A stretch of 64,000 nt of DNA from Halomonadaceae bacterium T82-2. Its GTDB lineage: Bacteria > Pseudomonadota > Gammaproteobacteria > Pseudomonadales > Halomonadaceae. The stretch's first letter is position 1; each line of letters starts with the position of its first letter. A program made the position numbers and the translations under genes. The stretch is from positions 41,267 to 105,266 of the forward strand of contig LSBP01000003.1 in NCBI GenBank assembly GCA_001577635.1. The letters run 5' to 3'. Below are positions 50,835 through 62,823 of this stretch, one piece after another. The notes under the pieces were generated by a model. That model did no database searches and had not been told where the DNA came from. It saw only the letters and a list, made by a program, of their open reading frames with translations.

Positions 50835-51755
50835 TCAGCTTTCGTCGAGCGTCAGCGCGTCCCAGTCGCGGGTGACGTCGGCCACCTCACTGGCGACCGG
50901 AATGCTGGGGGCCGCTCCTTCGCGCTGGACGCAGAGCGCGGCCGCGGCGCTGGCCAGGCGCAGGGCCGGGACGACTTCCTGCCCCTGCTGGCGCGCTGCC
51001 ATGAAGTAGCCGATGAAGGTGTCACCGGCGGCCGTGGTATCGACTGCCTCGACCGGGTGGGCCGGTAGACGCAGCCGCCGTGTATCGTCCTGATAGCAGA
51101 CACCATCGCCTCCCAGGGTCAGCACTACCTCGCAGCCGGGAAGGCGCCGACGCAGCGCTGCCAGCAGGACGTCCAGAGCGTCGTTCTCGCTGTAGCCGAC
51201 GAGGGTGGCGGCTTCGCCGCGATTCAGGAACAGCAGTCGGCACTGCTCGAGCGGCAGGCGCAGGACGTTGGCCGCCATCGGTGCCGGATTGAAGGCGATA
51301 TTGACCCCCTGGGCGACGGCACGGTTCATCAGGCGGTCCAGTGCATTGCACTCGTTCTGCATCAGCAGCCAGTCGCCCGGCTGAACGGAGGTCATCAGGG
51401 CATCGAGGCGGCTATCGGTGAAGCCGTGATTGGCGCCGGGGTGGAGGATGATGGCGTTTTCGCCGCGATCGTCGACCTGAATCAGGGCGTGGCCACTGGG
51501 CTCGGCGGTCAGTTCGATATGCACGGTATTGACGCCGGCGCTGGCCAGCGTCTCCAGCGCCCAGCGATCATGCTGGCCGAGTCGACCCCAATGCGTGACC
51601 TGGCCACCGGCGCGGGCCACCGCCAGCGACTGGTTGGCGCCCTTGCCGCCCAGCACCTGGCGATAGCCGTGACTGGTCAGGGTCTCGCCGGGCCTGACCA
51701 GGTGCGGAACCCGGTAGACGTGATCGATGTTCACCGAACCATAGTTGAAAAGCAT
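50835..51755 (-). CDS. rbsK: Ribokinase (PfkB family)
   Basis: 306 aa. GGKGANQ and DTTAAGDTF are PfkB/ribokinase motifs. 35 nt upstream of the nucleoside hydrolase on the same strand. Confidence 0.8.
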   Translation of the reverse strand: MLFNYGSVNIDHVYRVPHLVRPGETLTSHGYRQVLGGKGANQSLAVARAGGQVTHWGRLGQHDRWALETLASAGVNTVHIELTAEPSGHALIQVDDRGENAIILHPGANHGFTDSRLDALMTSVQPGDWLLMQNECNALDRLMNRAVAQGVNIAFNPAPMAANVLRLPLEQCRLLFLNRGEAATLVGYSENDALDVLLAALRRRLPGCEVVLTLGGDGVCYQDDTRRLRLPAHPVEAVDTTAAGDTFIGYFMAARQQGQEVVPALRLASAAAALCVQREGAAPSIPVASEVADVTRDWDALTLDES

Positions 51756-51864
51756 GTGGCCTCCGCGGGCACCTTGGCCTCGCCACGCGCTACAGCGTAG
51801 CGAGTGCCTCGATAAGTGAGCAAGTCAGGTTCTTTTTATACCGTTATCTTAAGTTACTACCACC

Positions 51865-52809
51865 TCACCATTGATTTGATTGCCGATAAGTCTTCAGGTT
51901 TTCCACCGTAAGGGCGATAACGTTCGCCCGCGCTTCGGGGCTGATCCAGGCATTGTGCGGTGTGACGATCAGGTTGATCGGCTCGCTCAATGCAGCCAGC
52001 AGCGGGTGGCCTTCACGCGGGGGCTCCTTGGGCAGCACATCGACGGCCAGGCCGCCCAGTCGGTCTTCGCGCAGGGCGCTGAGGGCGGCTTCTTCGTCGA
52101 TGATGCCGCCGCGCGCGCAGTTGACCAGCAGAGCGTCCGGCTTGAGGCGGGCGATCAGGGCATCGTCGACCAGGTGGCGGGTGGCCTCGGTCAGGGGGCA
52201 GTGGAGGCTGATGATGTCGGCCTCGGGGGCCAGGTCGGCCAGCGACGGGCGAGTGTCATGCACCTCGTTGCCGGGGCGGGCGGCGAAGCGCACGTCCATG
52301 CCGAAGGCCTCGGCGAGCCGGGCCACGGCGCGGCCGAGCTCACCGCTGCCGACAATGACCAGGCGCTTGCCGTCGAGCTGCAGAGTGCGATGGTCGAGTA
52401 GACAGAAGATCGGGGCACGCTGCCAGGCGCCGTTGCGTAAATCGTGCTGATAGCAGGGCAGCCGGTTGGCGAGGCTGAGCATCAGCATCAGGGTGTGCTG
52501 GGCGACGCTGGCCGTGCCGTAGGCGGTGACATTGCGTACGGTGATGCCATGGCGTTCGGCGGCGGCCATGTCGATGTTGTTGGTGCCCGTCGCCAGTACA
52601 CAGATCAGCCGCAGGTCGGGCAGTTCGGAAAGGAGGGTGTCGTCGAGCACGACCTTGTTGACCAGGGCGACCTCGGCGCCGGCCAGCCGCTCGCGACACT
52701 GGTCGGGGCGGGTGAGCTCATGTACATCGAGACTGTCGACTTGGCGGCGGATCGGTTCGAGGTCGATATCGTCACCGAGAGTGGCGGCGTCCAGCAGTAC
52801 GGCTTTCAT
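51865..52809 (-). CDS. D-2-hydroxyacid dehydrogenase (glycerate dehydrogenase-like)
   Basis: 314 aa. GSGELGRAVA NAD fold, the CARGGIIDE region and the TPHNAW catalytic His region. Confidence 0.85.
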   Translation of the reverse strand: MKAVLLDAATLGDDIDLEPIRRQVDSLDVHELTRPDQCRERLAGAEVALVNKVVLDDTLLSELPDLRLICVLATGTNNIDMAAAERHGITVRNVTAYGTASVAQHTLMLMLSLANRLPCYQHDLRNGAWQRAPIFCLLDHRTLQLDGKRLVIVGSGELGRAVARLAEAFGMDVRFAARPGNEVHDTRPSLADLAPEADIISLHCPLTEATRHLVDDALIARLKPDALLVNCARGGIIDEEAALSALREDRLGGLAVDVLPKEPPREGHPLLAALSEPINLIVTPHNAWISPEARANVIALTVENLKTYRQSNQW

Positions 52810-53001
52810 GCGGTTCCCTTGTCTTGGCAGGTCGTGGGTGACGGCCCCGGCAGCACAACTTGCCCGCCGGGGGCCGCAACACGCTATAATATGCGGCTTT
52901 CGCGGCAGGCTTGGAAAGCACGGCGAGCGGCCACATATCGGGAATCGCCGGGCCCGTGTCGGGGCCTGCGGTCAAGATTCCGTCACAGAGTGATTAGAAC
53001 G

Positions 53002-53262
53002 ATGCCCATCTACGAATATGAGTGCAAGGCCTGTGGCCATCGTCTGGAAAAGCTGCAGAAGATCAGCGCGCCGGCGCTGACGGACTGTCCGGCCTGCGAG
53101 GCCAGCGAGCTGTCGCGGCTGGTGTCCGCGGCCGGCTTCCGGCTGGCGGGCGGCGGCTGGTACGAGACCGACTTCAAGTCGGGCGGCACCAAGCGCAACC
53201 TGGCCGGCGAGTCCGGCAAGGGCGGCGATGCCACGTCGTCGGGGGCCGCGACGAACGGCTAG
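53002..53262 (+). CDS. FmdB-family zinc-ribbon protein
   Basis: 86 aa. [16 protein letters not shown]...CPACEAS, with CxxC...CxxC. Commonly sits upstream of aspS. Confidence 0.75.
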   Translation: MPIYEYECKACGHRLEKLQKISAPALTDCPACEASELSRLVSAAGFRLAGGGWYETDFKSGGTKRNLAGESGKGGDATSSGAATNG

Positions 53263-53338
53263 GCCTCGGCCTGACAACAACCCCGCCGGCGGCGGCCGGC
53301 GGTGGCACACCTTACCTAGCAACGAAACAGGATTTGAC

Positions 53339-55120
53339 ATGCGCAGCCATTATTGCGGCCAGTTGAACGAGACTCTGGTGGATCAGGAGGTCACGCTCTG
53401 CGGGTGGGTCCACCGCCGCCGTGACCACGGCGGGGTCATCTTCCTCGACATGCGCGATCGCGACGGCATCGCCCAGGTCGTGGTCGATCCCGACACCCCC
53501 GAGGCGTTCGCCAGCGCTGACCGTGCCCGCAGCGAGTTCGTGCTGCGCATTCGCGGGCGCGTGCGTATGCGCCCGGAGGGCACCCAGAACCCGGGCATGC
53601 CCACCGGCCTGATCGAGGTGCTGGCCAAGGATGTCGAGGTGCTCAACACCGCCGCGACACCGCCGTTCCAGCTCGACGAGCACGGCAAGGTCGGCGAGGA
53701 GGTGCGTCTCAAGCACCGCTACATCGACCTGCGTCGTCCGGAGATGATCGACAAGCTGCGGCTGCGCTCGCGGATCACCCACAGCGTGCGCGCCTACCTC
53801 GAGGGCGAGGGCTTCCTCGACATCGAGACGCCGATTCTCACCCGCGCCACGCCGGAGGGCGCCCGTGACTACCTGGTGCCCAGCCGTACCCACGAGGGGC
53901 AGTTCTTTGCCCTGCCGCAGTCGCCGCAGCTGTTCAAGCAGCTGCTGATGGTGTCCGGGCTGGACCGCTACTACCAGATTGCCAAGTGCTTCCGCGACGA
54001 GGACCTGCGCGCCGACCGTCAGCCGGAATTCACCCAGATCGACCTCGAGGCCTCGTTCGTCGACGAGGATGCGATCATGGGCATCACCGAGCGCATGATC
54101 CGCCAGCTGTTCAAGGATGTACTCGACGTCGAGCTGCCCGAGTTCCCGCGCATGCCCTATGCCGAGGCCATGCGTCGCTTCGGTTCCGACAAGCCGGACC
54201 TGCGCATTCCGCTGGAGCTGGTGGATGTCGATGACCTGATGAAGGATGTCGACTTCAAGGTGTTCTCCGGCCCGGCCCGGGCCGACGACGGCCGCGTGGC
54301 GGCGCTCCGGGTGCCGGGCGGCGCCCGCCTGACCCGCAAGGAAATCGACGAGTACACCCGCTTCGTGGGTATCTACGGCGCCAAGGGGCTGGCCTGGATC
54401 AAGGTCAACGAGCGCGCCAAGGGCCTCGAAGGACTGCAGTCGCCGATCGTCAAGTTCATGGACGGCATCATCGAGACGCTGCTCGATCGCGTGGGTGCCG
54501 AGGACGGCGACATCATCTTCTTCGGTGCCGACACGGCACGCGTCGTCAGTGAGGCGATCGGCGCGCTGCGCGTCAAGCTGGGCGAGGATCTCGAGCTCTA
54601 CACGCAGGCGTGGGCGCCGCTGTGGGTGGTCGACTTCCCGATGTTCGAGGATGACGGCAGCGCTCGCCTGCAGGCGTTGCACCATCCGTTCACGGCGCCG
54701 TCCTGTGATGTCGAGACGCTGCGCGCCAACCCGGCCGAGGCGCTGTCGCAGGCCTATGACATGGTGCTCAACGGCACCGAGCTGGGAGGCGGCTCGATCC
54801 GTATCCACGACCAGGCCATGCAGCGCGCGGTTCTCGACGTGCTGGGCATCGGCGAGGAAGAGGCCAACGAGAAGTTCGGCTTCCTGCTCGACGCCTTGAA
54901 GTTCGGTGCACCGCCCCATGGCGGTCTGGCGTTCGGCCTTGACCGTCTGGTGATGCTGATGACCGGCGCCCGCACCATCCGCGAAGTGATCGCCTTCCCG
55001 AAGACCCAGAGCGCGGCGTGCCTGATGACCGATGCGCCGGGCGAGGTCAGCGCCGAGCAGCTCAAGGAGCTCAACATTCGGCTGCGCCACAAGCCCAAGG
55101 TCGGCGACGACGCCTCGTGA
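53339..55120 (+). CDS. aspS: Aspartate--tRNA ligase
   Basis: 593 aa. [43 protein letters not shown], class II motifs and the GAD insertion. Confidence 0.97.
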   Translation: MRSHYCGQLNETLVDQEVTLCGWVHRRRDHGGVIFLDMRDRDGIAQVVVDPDTPEAFASADRARSEFVLRIRGRVRMRPEGTQNPGMPTGLIEVLAKDVEVLNTAATPPFQLDEHGKVGEEVRLKHRYIDLRRPEMIDKLRLRSRITHSVRAYLEGEGFLDIETPILTRATPEGARDYLVPSRTHEGQFFALPQSPQLFKQLLMVSGLDRYYQIAKCFRDEDLRADRQPEFTQIDLEASFVDEDAIMGITERMIRQLFKDVLDVELPEFPRMPYAEAMRRFGSDKPDLRIPLELVDVDDLMKDVDFKVFSGPARADDGRVAALRVPGGARLTRKEIDEYTRFVGIYGAKGLAWIKVNERAKGLEGLQSPIVKFMDGIIETLLDRVGAEDGDIIFFGADTARVVSEAIGALRVKLGEDLELYTQAWAPLWVVDFPMFEDDGSARLQALHHPFTAPSCDVETLRANPAEALSQAYDMVLNGTELGGGSIRIHDQAMQRAVLDVLGIGEEEANEKFGFLLDALKFGAPPHGGLAFGLDRLVMLMTGARTIREVIAFPKTQSAACLMTDAPGEVSAEQLKELNIRLRHKPKVGDDAS

Positions 55121-55164
55121 GCCCGAGCGGCTAGCGTCGGCGACGACGTTTCTCTCCCATCCAC

Positions 55165-55200
55165 ACCGGCGCCCCTGACTCCAGCGGCGCCGGTCTTGTT
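55165..55200 (+). terminator. Candidate terminator after aspS
   Basis: ACCGGCGCC-(12-nt loop)-GGCGCCGGT, a 9-bp stem, followed by CTTGTTG. The U-tract is weak. Confidence 0.45.
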
Positions 55201-55217
55201 GATCAGGAGGCTATTTC

Positions 55218-55967
55218 ATGGCTGGCCACAGCAAATGGTCGAACATCAAGCACCGCAAGGCGGCCCAGGATGCCCGGAAGGGCAAGATCTTCACCAAGCT
55301 GATTCGTGAGCTGACGGTGGCGGCGCGCGAAGGCGGCGGCGAGCCTGCGGACAACCCGCGGCTGCGGGCGGCCATCGACAAGGCGCTGGCCAACAACATG
55401 ACCAAGGACACCATCCAGCGTGCGGTCGATCGGGGCGCCGGCACCGGCGACGACGACACCATGGAGGAGGCCGTCTACGAAGGTTACGGGCCGGACGGGG
55501 TGGCCATTTACGTCGAGTGCCTGACCGACAACCGCAATCGCACGGTGTCCGACGTGCGCCACGCCTTCAACAAGCACGGTGGCAACCTGGGCACGACCGG
55601 GTCGGTGGCGTTTCTGTTCAGCAAGCAGGGGCGCTTGAGCTTTCCCGCCGGCAGCGACGAGGAGGCGATCATGGAGGCGGCGCTGGAAGGCGGCGCCGAG
55701 GACGTGACTACTCACGATGACGGGGCCATCGAGGTCATCACCACGCCGAAGGCTTTCGGCGAGGTGAAGGATGCGCTCGCGACTGCAGGGCTGGATCCCG
55801 AGCGCAGCGAGGTGGGCATGTTCCCCGAGAGCTACTCGACCATTGCCGATGGCGAGGTGGCACGCCAGGTGATCAAGCTGTTCGAGCGTCTCGAGGATCT
55901 CGACGACGTGCAGAACGTCTATTCCAATGCGGACTTTACCGATGACGTGCTCGCCGAGCTGGAGTGA
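55218..55967 (+). CDS. yebC: YebC/PmpR-family transcriptional regulator
   Basis: 249 aa. [32 protein letters not shown] is canonical. Confidence 0.9.
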   Translation: MAGHSKWSNIKHRKAAQDARKGKIFTKLIRELTVAAREGGGEPADNPRLRAAIDKALANNMTKDTIQRAVDRGAGTGDDDTMEEAVYEGYGPDGVAIYVECLTDNRNRTVSDVRHAFNKHGGNLGTTGSVAFLFSKQGRLSFPAGSDEEAIMEAALEGGAEDVTTHDDGAIEVITTPKAFGEVKDALATAGLDPERSEVGMFPESYSTIADGEVARQVIKLFERLEDLDDVQNVYSNADFTDDVLAELE

Positions 55968-56009
55968 CCCGGATCCCGGTTCGCCGGCCGCCGGACCGGG
56001 GAGGGGGCG

Positions 56010-56549
56010 ATGATCGTGCTGGGGATCGACCCGGGCTCGCGAATTACCGGCTACGGCGTGCTGGATGTCTCGGGCGCACGCCCGGCCTATGTGGCCAGTG
56101 GCTGCATTCGCATCCAGCCCGGCGAGCTGGCCCAGAAGCTGGCCCAGGTCTACGCCGGGGTCGCCGAGCTGATCGCGTGGCATGCCCCCGCGGTATTCGC
56201 CATCGAGCAGGTCTTTCTCGCGCGCAACCCGGACTCGGCGCTCAAGCTGGGGCAGGCCCGGGGCACGGCGATCGTGTGTGCCGCCAACCACGGTCTGCCG
56301 GTCCACGAGTACGCCGCCCGCCAGGTGAAACAGGCGGTGACCGGCACCGGCGCGGCGGACAAGGCGCAGGTCCAGCACATGGTGATGGCACTGCTGTCGC
56401 TCAATGCTACGCCCCCGGAGGACGCCGCCGATGCCCTGGCCATCGCCCTGACACACGCCTATGCCAGCCGCGGGCTGTTGCCGGAAGCACGCCGTGGACG
56501 TCGGCGCGGCGGTCGACAGGCGTGGCGCGAGTTCACGCCCGATACCTGA
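56010..56549 (+). CDS. ruvC: Holliday junction resolvase RuvC
   Basis: 179 aa. [17 protein letters not shown] and [13 protein letters not shown]. Confidence 0.9.
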   Translation: MIVLGIDPGSRITGYGVLDVSGARPAYVASGCIRIQPGELAQKLAQVYAGVAELIAWHAPAVFAIEQVFLARNPDSALKLGQARGTAIVCAANHGLPVHEYAARQVKQAVTGTGAADKAQVQHMVMALLSLNATPPEDAADALAIALTHAYASRGLLPEARRGRRRGGRQAWREFTPDT

Positions 56550-56622
56550 TCCGGACGCTGCTGGCCAGCCGCGGGGGCGATCAGTATAGTGATTCCCCAG
56601 TCATACCAAGGGACGCAAGTGC

Positions 56623-57228
56623 ATGATTGGACGCCTGCGAGGCACCGTGCTGGAAAAACAGCCCCCCTGGCTGGTCATCGATGTCCAGGGCGTCGGTTAC
56701 GAACTGGAAGCCTCGATGAACACGCTGCTGGCCTTGCCCGGGATCGGCGAGACCGTTCAGCTCCATACCCACCTCAGCATTCGTGACGATGCGCACCTGC
56801 TTTACGGCTTCATCAATGAGCCCGAGCGGGCCCTGTTTCGCGCTCTGATAAAGGTCAACGGGGTCGGCCCCAGGCTGGCGCTGGCGATCCTGTCCGGCAT
56901 GGAACAGGATCAGTTCATTCGTTGCGTCATGGACAACGACGTCAAGGCGCTGACCCGGCTGCCGGGCGTCGGCAAGAAGACGGCCGAGCGGCTGATCGTC
57001 GAGATGCAGGATCGCTTTCCGCACTGGACCGGCGGTGACGAGGCATTGCCACTCGGCGAGGCGCCGTCTCCGGTACCGGCGAGCGACCCACGCGCCGATG
57101 CGGAGGCGGCGCTGGTATCGCTGGGCTACAAGCCCACCGAAGCGGCCCGCCTGCTCTCCGGGCTGGAGGAAGACCTCTCCACCGAGGCGCTGATCAAGGC
57201 GGCCCTGTCGCGCCAGTTCACGGGATGA
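56623..57228 (+). CDS. ruvA: Holliday junction DNA helicase RuvA
   Basis: 201 aa. [12 protein letters not shown] and HhH motifs ([26 protein letters not shown]). Confidence 0.93.
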   Translation: MIGRLRGTVLEKQPPWLVIDVQGVGYELEASMNTLLALPGIGETVQLHTHLSIRDDAHLLYGFINEPERALFRALIKVNGVGPRLALAILSGMEQDQFIRCVMDNDVKALTRLPGVGKKTAERLIVEMQDRFPHWTGGDEALPLGEAPSPVPASDPRADAEAALVSLGYKPTEAARLLSGLEEDLSTEALIKAALSRQFTG

Positions 57229-57234
57229 CGCATC

Positions 57235-58272
57235 ATGATCGAAAGTGATCGCCTGATAGCCGCCGCGCCACAGGCCGGTGAAGTGCGCCACGATTACGCC
57301 ATTCGACCGCGTCAGCTGGCCGACTATATCGGCCAGCCGCGGGTGCGTGAACAGCTCGATATCTTCATCAGTGCGGCCCGACGCCGGGGCGACAGCCTCG
57401 ACCACACTCTGGTGTTCGGCCCGCCGGGCCTGGGCAAGACGACCCTGGCCAACATCATCGCCTCGGAAATGGAGGTCGACATCAAGTCCACCTCCGGTCC
57501 GGTGCTGGAGCGGGCGGGTGACCTGGCGGCAATGCTCACCAACCTTCAGCCTGGCGACGTGCTGTTCATCGACGAGATCCATCGGCTGCCGGCGGCCGTC
57601 GAGGAGGTGCTCTATCCGGCGATGGAGGACTTCCAGCTCGATATCATGATCGGCGAGGGGCCGGCGGCACGTTCCATCAAGCTGGACCTGCCGCGCTTCA
57701 CCCTGGTGGGCGCGACGACGCGTGCCGGACTGCTGACGTCGCCACTGCGCGACCGCTTCGGCATCGTCCAGCGTCTCGAGTTCTACGGCATCGATGAACT
57801 GACCGAGATCGTGGCGCGGTCGGCGCGCCTGCTGGGCATCGAGGCGGAAGGTGATGGCGCGGCCGAGGTGGCACGCCGTGCCCGCGGCACGCCGCGCATC
57901 GCCAACCGCCTACTGCGCCGGGTCCGCGACTTCGCCGAGATCCGCGGCGACGGGCGGCTGACCGCCGACATTGCGGATCAGGCGTTGAACATGCTGCATG
58001 TCGACAGTCACGGTCTCGATCACATGGACCGTCGTTTGCTGCTGGCGATGATCGAGAAGTTCGACGGAGGGCCGGTGGGTGTCGACAGTCTTGCTGCGGC
58101 GATCAGCGAGGAGCGGGACACCATCGAGGACGTCATCGAGCCCTATCTGATCCAGCAGGGCTTCATGCTGCGCACCGCCCGCGGGCGGATGGTCACCGGC
58201 CAGGCCTATCGCCACTTCGGCCTGGAAGCCCTGGGCAGCACGCCCGACGGCGGCAGCGAGGCGCGCGCATGA
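57235..58272 (+). CDS. ruvB: Holliday junction DNA helicase RuvB
   Basis: 345 aa. [11 protein letters not shown] Walker A and the [25 protein letters not shown] motifs. Confidence 0.97.
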   Translation: MIESDRLIAAAPQAGEVRHDYAIRPRQLADYIGQPRVREQLDIFISAARRRGDSLDHTLVFGPPGLGKTTLANIIASEMEVDIKSTSGPVLERAGDLAAMLTNLQPGDVLFIDEIHRLPAAVEEVLYPAMEDFQLDIMIGEGPAARSIKLDLPRFTLVGATTRAGLLTSPLRDRFGIVQRLEFYGIDELTEIVARSARLLGIEAEGDGAAEVARRARGTPRIANRLLRRVRDFAEIRGDGRLTADIADQALNMLHVDSHGLDHMDRRLLLAMIEKFDGGPVGVDSLAAAISEERDTIEDVIEPYLIQQGFMLRTARGRMVTGQAYRHFGLEALGSTPDGGSEARA

Positions 58273-58688
58273 GCTTTGCGATCCCGGTCACGGTCTATAT
58301 CGAGGATACCGACGCCGGCGGTATCGTCTATTACGTCAACTATCTCAAGTACATGGAGCGGGCACGCAGCGAATGGCTGCGCGCGGCGGGACTGACCCAG
58401 CGCGAACTGTTCGACGACGGCGTCCAGCTGGTAGTGCACCGGCTGACCTGCCGTTATGCCAAGCCCGCCCGGCTCGACGACCGGCTGCAGGTCACGGCGG
58501 CGGTCGTCGAGGCCACGTCATGTCGCGTGCGCTTTCATCAGCAGGTACTGGCGGGCGGGGAACCCCTGTGCGACGCCGACGTCGATATTGCGTGTGTCGA
58601 CGCGACGCGACTTCGCCCCACGCGCTGGCCGGCGGCCTTGGCCGCGGCCCTGAATGAACAACCGCAATCACCGACGAGGACGCCGTGA
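58269..58688 (+). CDS. ybgC: Tol-Pal-associated acyl-CoA thioesterase YbgC
   Basis: 139 aa hotdog fold ([25 protein letters not shown]). ATGA overlap with ruvB. Precedes tolQ. Confidence 0.85.
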   Translation: MSFAIPVTVYIEDTDAGGIVYYVNYLKYMERARSEWLRAAGLTQRELFDDGVQLVVHRLTCRYAKPARLDDRLQVTAAVVEATSCRVRFHQQVLAGGEPLCDADVDIACVDATRLRPTRWPAALAAALNEQPQSPTRTP

Positions 58689-59374
58689 ACGACTCTCTCT
58701 CCATCCCTCACCTGATACTCAACGCCAGCCTGGTGGTTCAGCTGGTGATGCTGCTGCTGATCGTGGGTTCCATCGCCTCCTGGGCGGTGATCTTCCAGCG
58801 CGGCTTCGTGCTGCGCCGGGCCCGCAAGGCCCATCGCACCTTCGAGGACCGTTTCTGGTCCGGGGTCGATCTCAATGAACTCTATCGCGAGACCCCCGCC
58901 GAGCAGGAGGTGCACGGCGCCGAGCACCTCTTTCGCGCCGGCTTTCGCGAATTCAACCGGCTGCTGCCCAAGACGCGCAGCAGCCAGGCGATCCTCGACG
59001 GCGTACAGCGTGCGATGCGCGTGGCCTGGTCGCGGGAGGAGGAGCGCCTCAATCTGCACCTGACCTTCCTGGCCACGGTGGCTTCCGCCAGCCCCTACAT
59101 CGGCCTGTTCGGCACCGTGTGGGGCATCATGGGCTCCTTCATGGGGCTGTCGATGGCGCAGCAGGCCACGCTCTCCACGGTGGCGCCGTGGATCGCCGAG
59201 GCGCTCATCGCCACGGCAATGGGGCTGTTCGCGGCGATCCCGGCGGTGATCTTCTACAATCGCCTGTCCGCTCAGGCCAGCCGCCTGCTGGGCCAGTACG
59301 AGGACTTCGCCGAGGAGTTCCACTCCATCCTGCATCGCAATCTGCAGGGACGTGACGAGCGCGACGCCGCTTGA
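58685..59374 (+). CDS. tolQ: Tol-Pal system protein TolQ
   Basis: 229 aa. MotA/TolQ/ExbB motif SPYIGLFGTVWGIM. GTGA overlap with ybgC. Confidence 0.92.
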   Translation: MNDSLSIPHLILNASLVVQLVMLLLIVGSIASWAVIFQRGFVLRRARKAHRTFEDRFWSGVDLNELYRETPAEQEVHGAEHLFRAGFREFNRLLPKTRSSQAILDGVQRAMRVAWSREEERLNLHLTFLATVASASPYIGLFGTVWGIMGSFMGLSMAQQATLSTVAPWIAEALIATAMGLFAAIPAVIFYNRLSAQASRLLGQYEDFAEEFHSILHRNLQGRDERDAA

Positions 59375-59384
59375 GGAGCCCGTC

Positions 59385-59828
<444 letters not shown>

Positions 59829-59837
59829 GGCACCGCC

Positions 59838-60869
59838 ATGGCTAGACCGAAGAACCGGGTGGGGTACGGCCTGCCCGTGATCCTGGCGATCGTCCTGCAT
59901 GTCGGGGTGCTGGCGATCACCCTGTTGCGCTGGCCGACCAGCGACCCCGAGCCGACCTCATCGGCGATCGTCAAGGCGACCCTGGTGCGTACCGAGACGG
60001 CGACCGACAAGGCCCAGCGGGCTCAGGAAGCCCAGGCGAGTGCGGCCGAAGCCAAAAAGCAACAGAAGGCCGACCAGGCCGAACAGGCGGCCAGAAAGGC
60101 GGAAGCCGAGAAGCAGCAACAGGCGGAGGCGGTAGCTCGCAAGAAGGCCGAGGCCGACAAGCAGCGTGAAGCCGAGCTGCAGGCCTTGAAGCAGGCTCGT
60201 GAGCAGGCGAAGGAAGCCGCTCGTCGGCGTGCCGAAGAAGCCGCACGCGCCGCACGCCAGAAGGCGGAAGCCGAGAAACAGCGTCAGGCGGAGGAAGCGG
60301 CCCGCAAGAAGGCCGAAGCCGAGAAACAGCGCCAGGCGGAGGAAGCGGCTCGCAAGAAGGCCGAAGCCGAGAAACAGCGTCAGGCAGAGGAAGCGGCTCG
60401 CAAGAAGGCCGAAGCCGAAAAACAGCGCCAGGCAGAGGAGGCCGCCCGCAAGAAGGCCGAAGCCGAGGCGCAGGCCAAACGGGCCGCTGAAGCGGCGCGA
60501 CAGGCTTCCGAACAGGCACTGGCCCAGTCCATTGCCGGCGAGGAGCAGGCGATCGCCAATGCCCGCCAGGCGAGCGAGGCCGCCAATGGCTTCAAGAACC
60601 TGGTCAAGCGAGCCGTCGAGCAGGCCTGGATCATTCCCTCGTCCGCCGGCAATCAGCAGCGTGCCGTGGTTCGTATTACCCTGTTACCCACCGGCGAGCT
60701 GGTCGATGCCAGCATTCGCGAGAGCAGCGGAAACGCGGCCTTCGACCGGTCGGTGCTGCAGGCCGTGGAGCGGGCGGCGCCATTCCGCGAGATGCAGTCG
60801 CTGCCGACGTCCGCCCAACGCCAGTTCCGCGAGTTCAATCTCGACTTCAACCCTGAGGATGTGCGCTGA
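59838..60869 (+). CDS. tolA: Tol-Pal system protein TolA
   Basis: 343 aa. N-terminal TM anchor, a long Ala/Glu/Lys-rich helical domain II and a C-terminal TolA III domain. Confidence 0.85.
   Translation: MARPKNRVGYGLPVILAIVLHVGVLAITLLRWPTSDPEPTSSAIVKATLVRTETATDKAQRAQEAQASAAEAKKQQKADQAEQAARKAEAEKQQQAEAVARKKAEADKQREAELQALKQAREQAKEAARRRAEEAARAARQKAEAEKQRQAEEAARKKAEAEKQRQAEEAARKKAEAEKQRQAEEAARKKAEAEKQRQAEEAARKKAEAEAQAKRAAEAARQASEQALAQSIAGEEQAIANARQASEAANGFKNLVKRAVEQAWIIPSSAGNQQRAVVRITLLPTGELVDASIRESSGNAAFDRSVLQAVERAAPFREMQSLPTSAQRQFREFNLDFNPEDVR
60261..60452 (+). repeat. Four tandem 48-nt (16-codon) repeats inside tolA
   Basis: [16 protein letters not shown] x4, identical at protein level, with a partial fifth unit. 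The units differ only at synonymous third positions (cgt/cgc, gcg/gca, gcc/gct, gag/gaa). Confidence 0.9.
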
Positions 60870-62155
60870 TGAAACGACTGACTCCCCTCCTGTTCGGCTG
60901 GCTGCTGTTGTTCAGCAGCCTGGCCAGCGCCGACCTGACCATCCAGATTACCAAGGGCAGCGATCAGGCGATTCCCATCGCCATCGTGCCGTTCGCGACC
61001 GACGGTGCCCAGCTTCCCGAGGACCTGTCGGGTATCGTCGAGAGCGACCTGTCGCGCAGCGGCCAGTTTGCGCCGTTGCCCCGGGATACGCTGGTCGCCA
61101 CGCCCCACAGCGCGGACGAGGTCTACTTTCGTGACTGGCGCTCGGTGGACAGCAATTATGTGCTCGTCGGTCGGGTCTCGCCGCAGGGGGATCAGTATCG
61201 CATCCGCTTCGAGCTGATGGACGTCTACGGCGAGAAGCGCATGCTTGGCGAGGCGCTGACGGTCTCGGCCGACCAGCTGCGTGCCGGGGCTCACTACATC
61301 AGTGACAAGGTCTACGAGGCGATTACCGGAACGCGCGGGGCCTTCTCGACCCGCATCGCTTACGTCACGGCGCAGGGAGCCGGTGACAAGCGGCAGTTTG
61401 CGCTGCACGTCGCGGATGCCGACGGCCACAACGGCCACCAGATCCTGAGCTCGGACGATCCCATCATGTCACCGTCCTGGTCGCCGGATGGCGGCAAGCT
61501 GGCCTATGTGTCCTTCGAAACCGGCAACTCGGCCATCTATGTACAGAACCTGGCGACCGGTCAGCGTGTTCAGCTGACCGACTTCAAGGGCATCAACGGC
61601 GCTCCGGTATGGTCGCCTGACGGCCGGCGCCTGGCCATGTCGCTGTCCAAGGACGGCCAGCCGGAGATCTACATCATGGATATCGCCACGCGCAAGCTTA
61701 CCCGCATCACGCGCAACGGCGCCATCGACACCGAGCCCGCCTGGGCGCCGGACGGCCGCAGCCTGATCTTCACCTCGGACCGCAGCGGCGGACCGCAGCT
61801 GTATCGTCGCGACCTGAACAGCGACCGCACCCAGCGCGTGACCTATACCGGGGACTACAACTCGCGGGGGCGTTTCGCACCGGACGGCAAGAGCCTGTTC
61901 CTGGTCCACCGTGACAGCCGCGGGTTTCATGTCGCCAGACAGAATCTGGACACCGGCCGCCTGACGGTACTCACCGACACCCAGTGGGACGAGTCGCCGA
62001 GTGTTGCGCCCAATGGGGCCATGGTAATCTTCGCTACCCAGCGGGGAAATCAGGGGATCCTGGGGGTCGTCTCGGCGGACGGCAAGGCGTCCTACCGCCT
62101 GCCTTCAGCCCAGGGCGATGTCCGCGAGCCCGCCTGGTCGCCGTTTCTGAACTGA
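60869..62155 (+). CDS. tolB: Tol-Pal system beta-propeller protein TolB
   Basis: 428 aa. Signal peptide, then repeated P.WSPDG propeller motifs. TGATG overlap with tolA. Confidence 0.95.
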   Translation: MKRLTPLLFGWLLLFSSLASADLTIQITKGSDQAIPIAIVPFATDGAQLPEDLSGIVESDLSRSGQFAPLPRDTLVATPHSADEVYFRDWRSVDSNYVLVGRVSPQGDQYRIRFELMDVYGEKRMLGEALTVSADQLRAGAHYISDKVYEAITGTRGAFSTRIAYVTAQGAGDKRQFALHVADADGHNGHQILSSDDPIMSPSWSPDGGKLAYVSFETGNSAIYVQNLATGQRVQLTDFKGINGAPVWSPDGRRLAMSLSKDGQPEIYIMDIATRKLTRITRNGAIDTEPAWAPDGRSLIFTSDRSGGPQLYRRDLNSDRTQRVTYTGDYNSRGRFAPDGKSLFLVHRDSRGFHVARQNLDTGRLTVLTDTQWDESPSVAPNGAMVIFATQRGNQGILGVVSADGKASYRLPSAQGDVREPAWSPFLN

Positions 62156-62213
62156 TGGAACCCTGTTTCATGCCCGAGGGTGTATCTTTCGTATCCCGAG
62201 CAAGGAGATGACA

Positions 62214-62762
62214 ATGAAGTTCGTTCCGTATGCCAAGAGCCTGGCCGTGGCCCTGTCGCTTGCCGTCATGGCGGGTTGCTCCAGTACCGGCGGCACCCAG
62301 GATGGCAGCTTCGACACCGGCAGCGGTGCCGCCGGCGGTGCCGGTATGGGTGGCACCAACGGCCAGGGGGTGAGCAGCGGTCAGGTCAGCGGCAGCCAGC
62401 TGGGTGGCGAGGGCTCGCAGCAGCAGGCCGGTATCCCCGATGTGCGCACCATCTATTTCGGCTTCGACCAGGACACCATTCGTCCCGAATTCGAGTCGGT
62501 GCTGAATGCCCATGCTCAGTATCTGCGCAATCATCCCGATGCTCACGTGGTGCTGCAGGGCCATGCCGACGAGCGGGGCACGCGGGAATACAACCTGGGG
62601 CTGGGCGAGCGTCGTGCCCAGGCGGTCGAGCAGTTCCTGAGCGTGCAGGGCGTGTCGCCGTCGCAGATCGACGTGGTGAGCTATGGTGAGGAACGTCCGG
62701 CGGTCGAGGGGCATTCCGAGCAGAGCTATGCCAAGAACCGTCGCGTGGTAGTGGCTTACTGA
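62214..62762 (+). CDS. pal: Peptidoglycan-associated lipoprotein Pal
   Basis: Lipobox LAVMAGC, a Gly/Ser-rich linker and an OmpA-like domain (GHADERGTREYNLGLGERRA). ATG 62214 lies 6 nt after AAGGAG. Confidence 0.9.
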   Translation: MKFVPYAKSLAVALSLAVMAGCSSTGGTQDGSFDTGSGAAGGAGMGGTNGQGVSSGQVSGSQLGGEGSQQQAGIPDVRTIYFGFDQDTIRPEFESVLNAHAQYLRNHPDAHVVLQGHADERGTREYNLGLGERRAQAVEQFLSVQGVSPSQIDVVSYGEERPAVEGHSEQSYAKNRRVVVAY

Positions 62763-62823
62763 TCACGGTATGCCGGGCCCGGAGCGGTAGGCGCCCCGGG
62801 CCGGTACCCGAGCGGAGACGAAC

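Noticed and set aside
60261-60452. Tandem repeats as a CRISPR array or other non-coding repeat.
   Set aside because: The units are contiguous without spacers, in frame, and encode the TolA helical domain.
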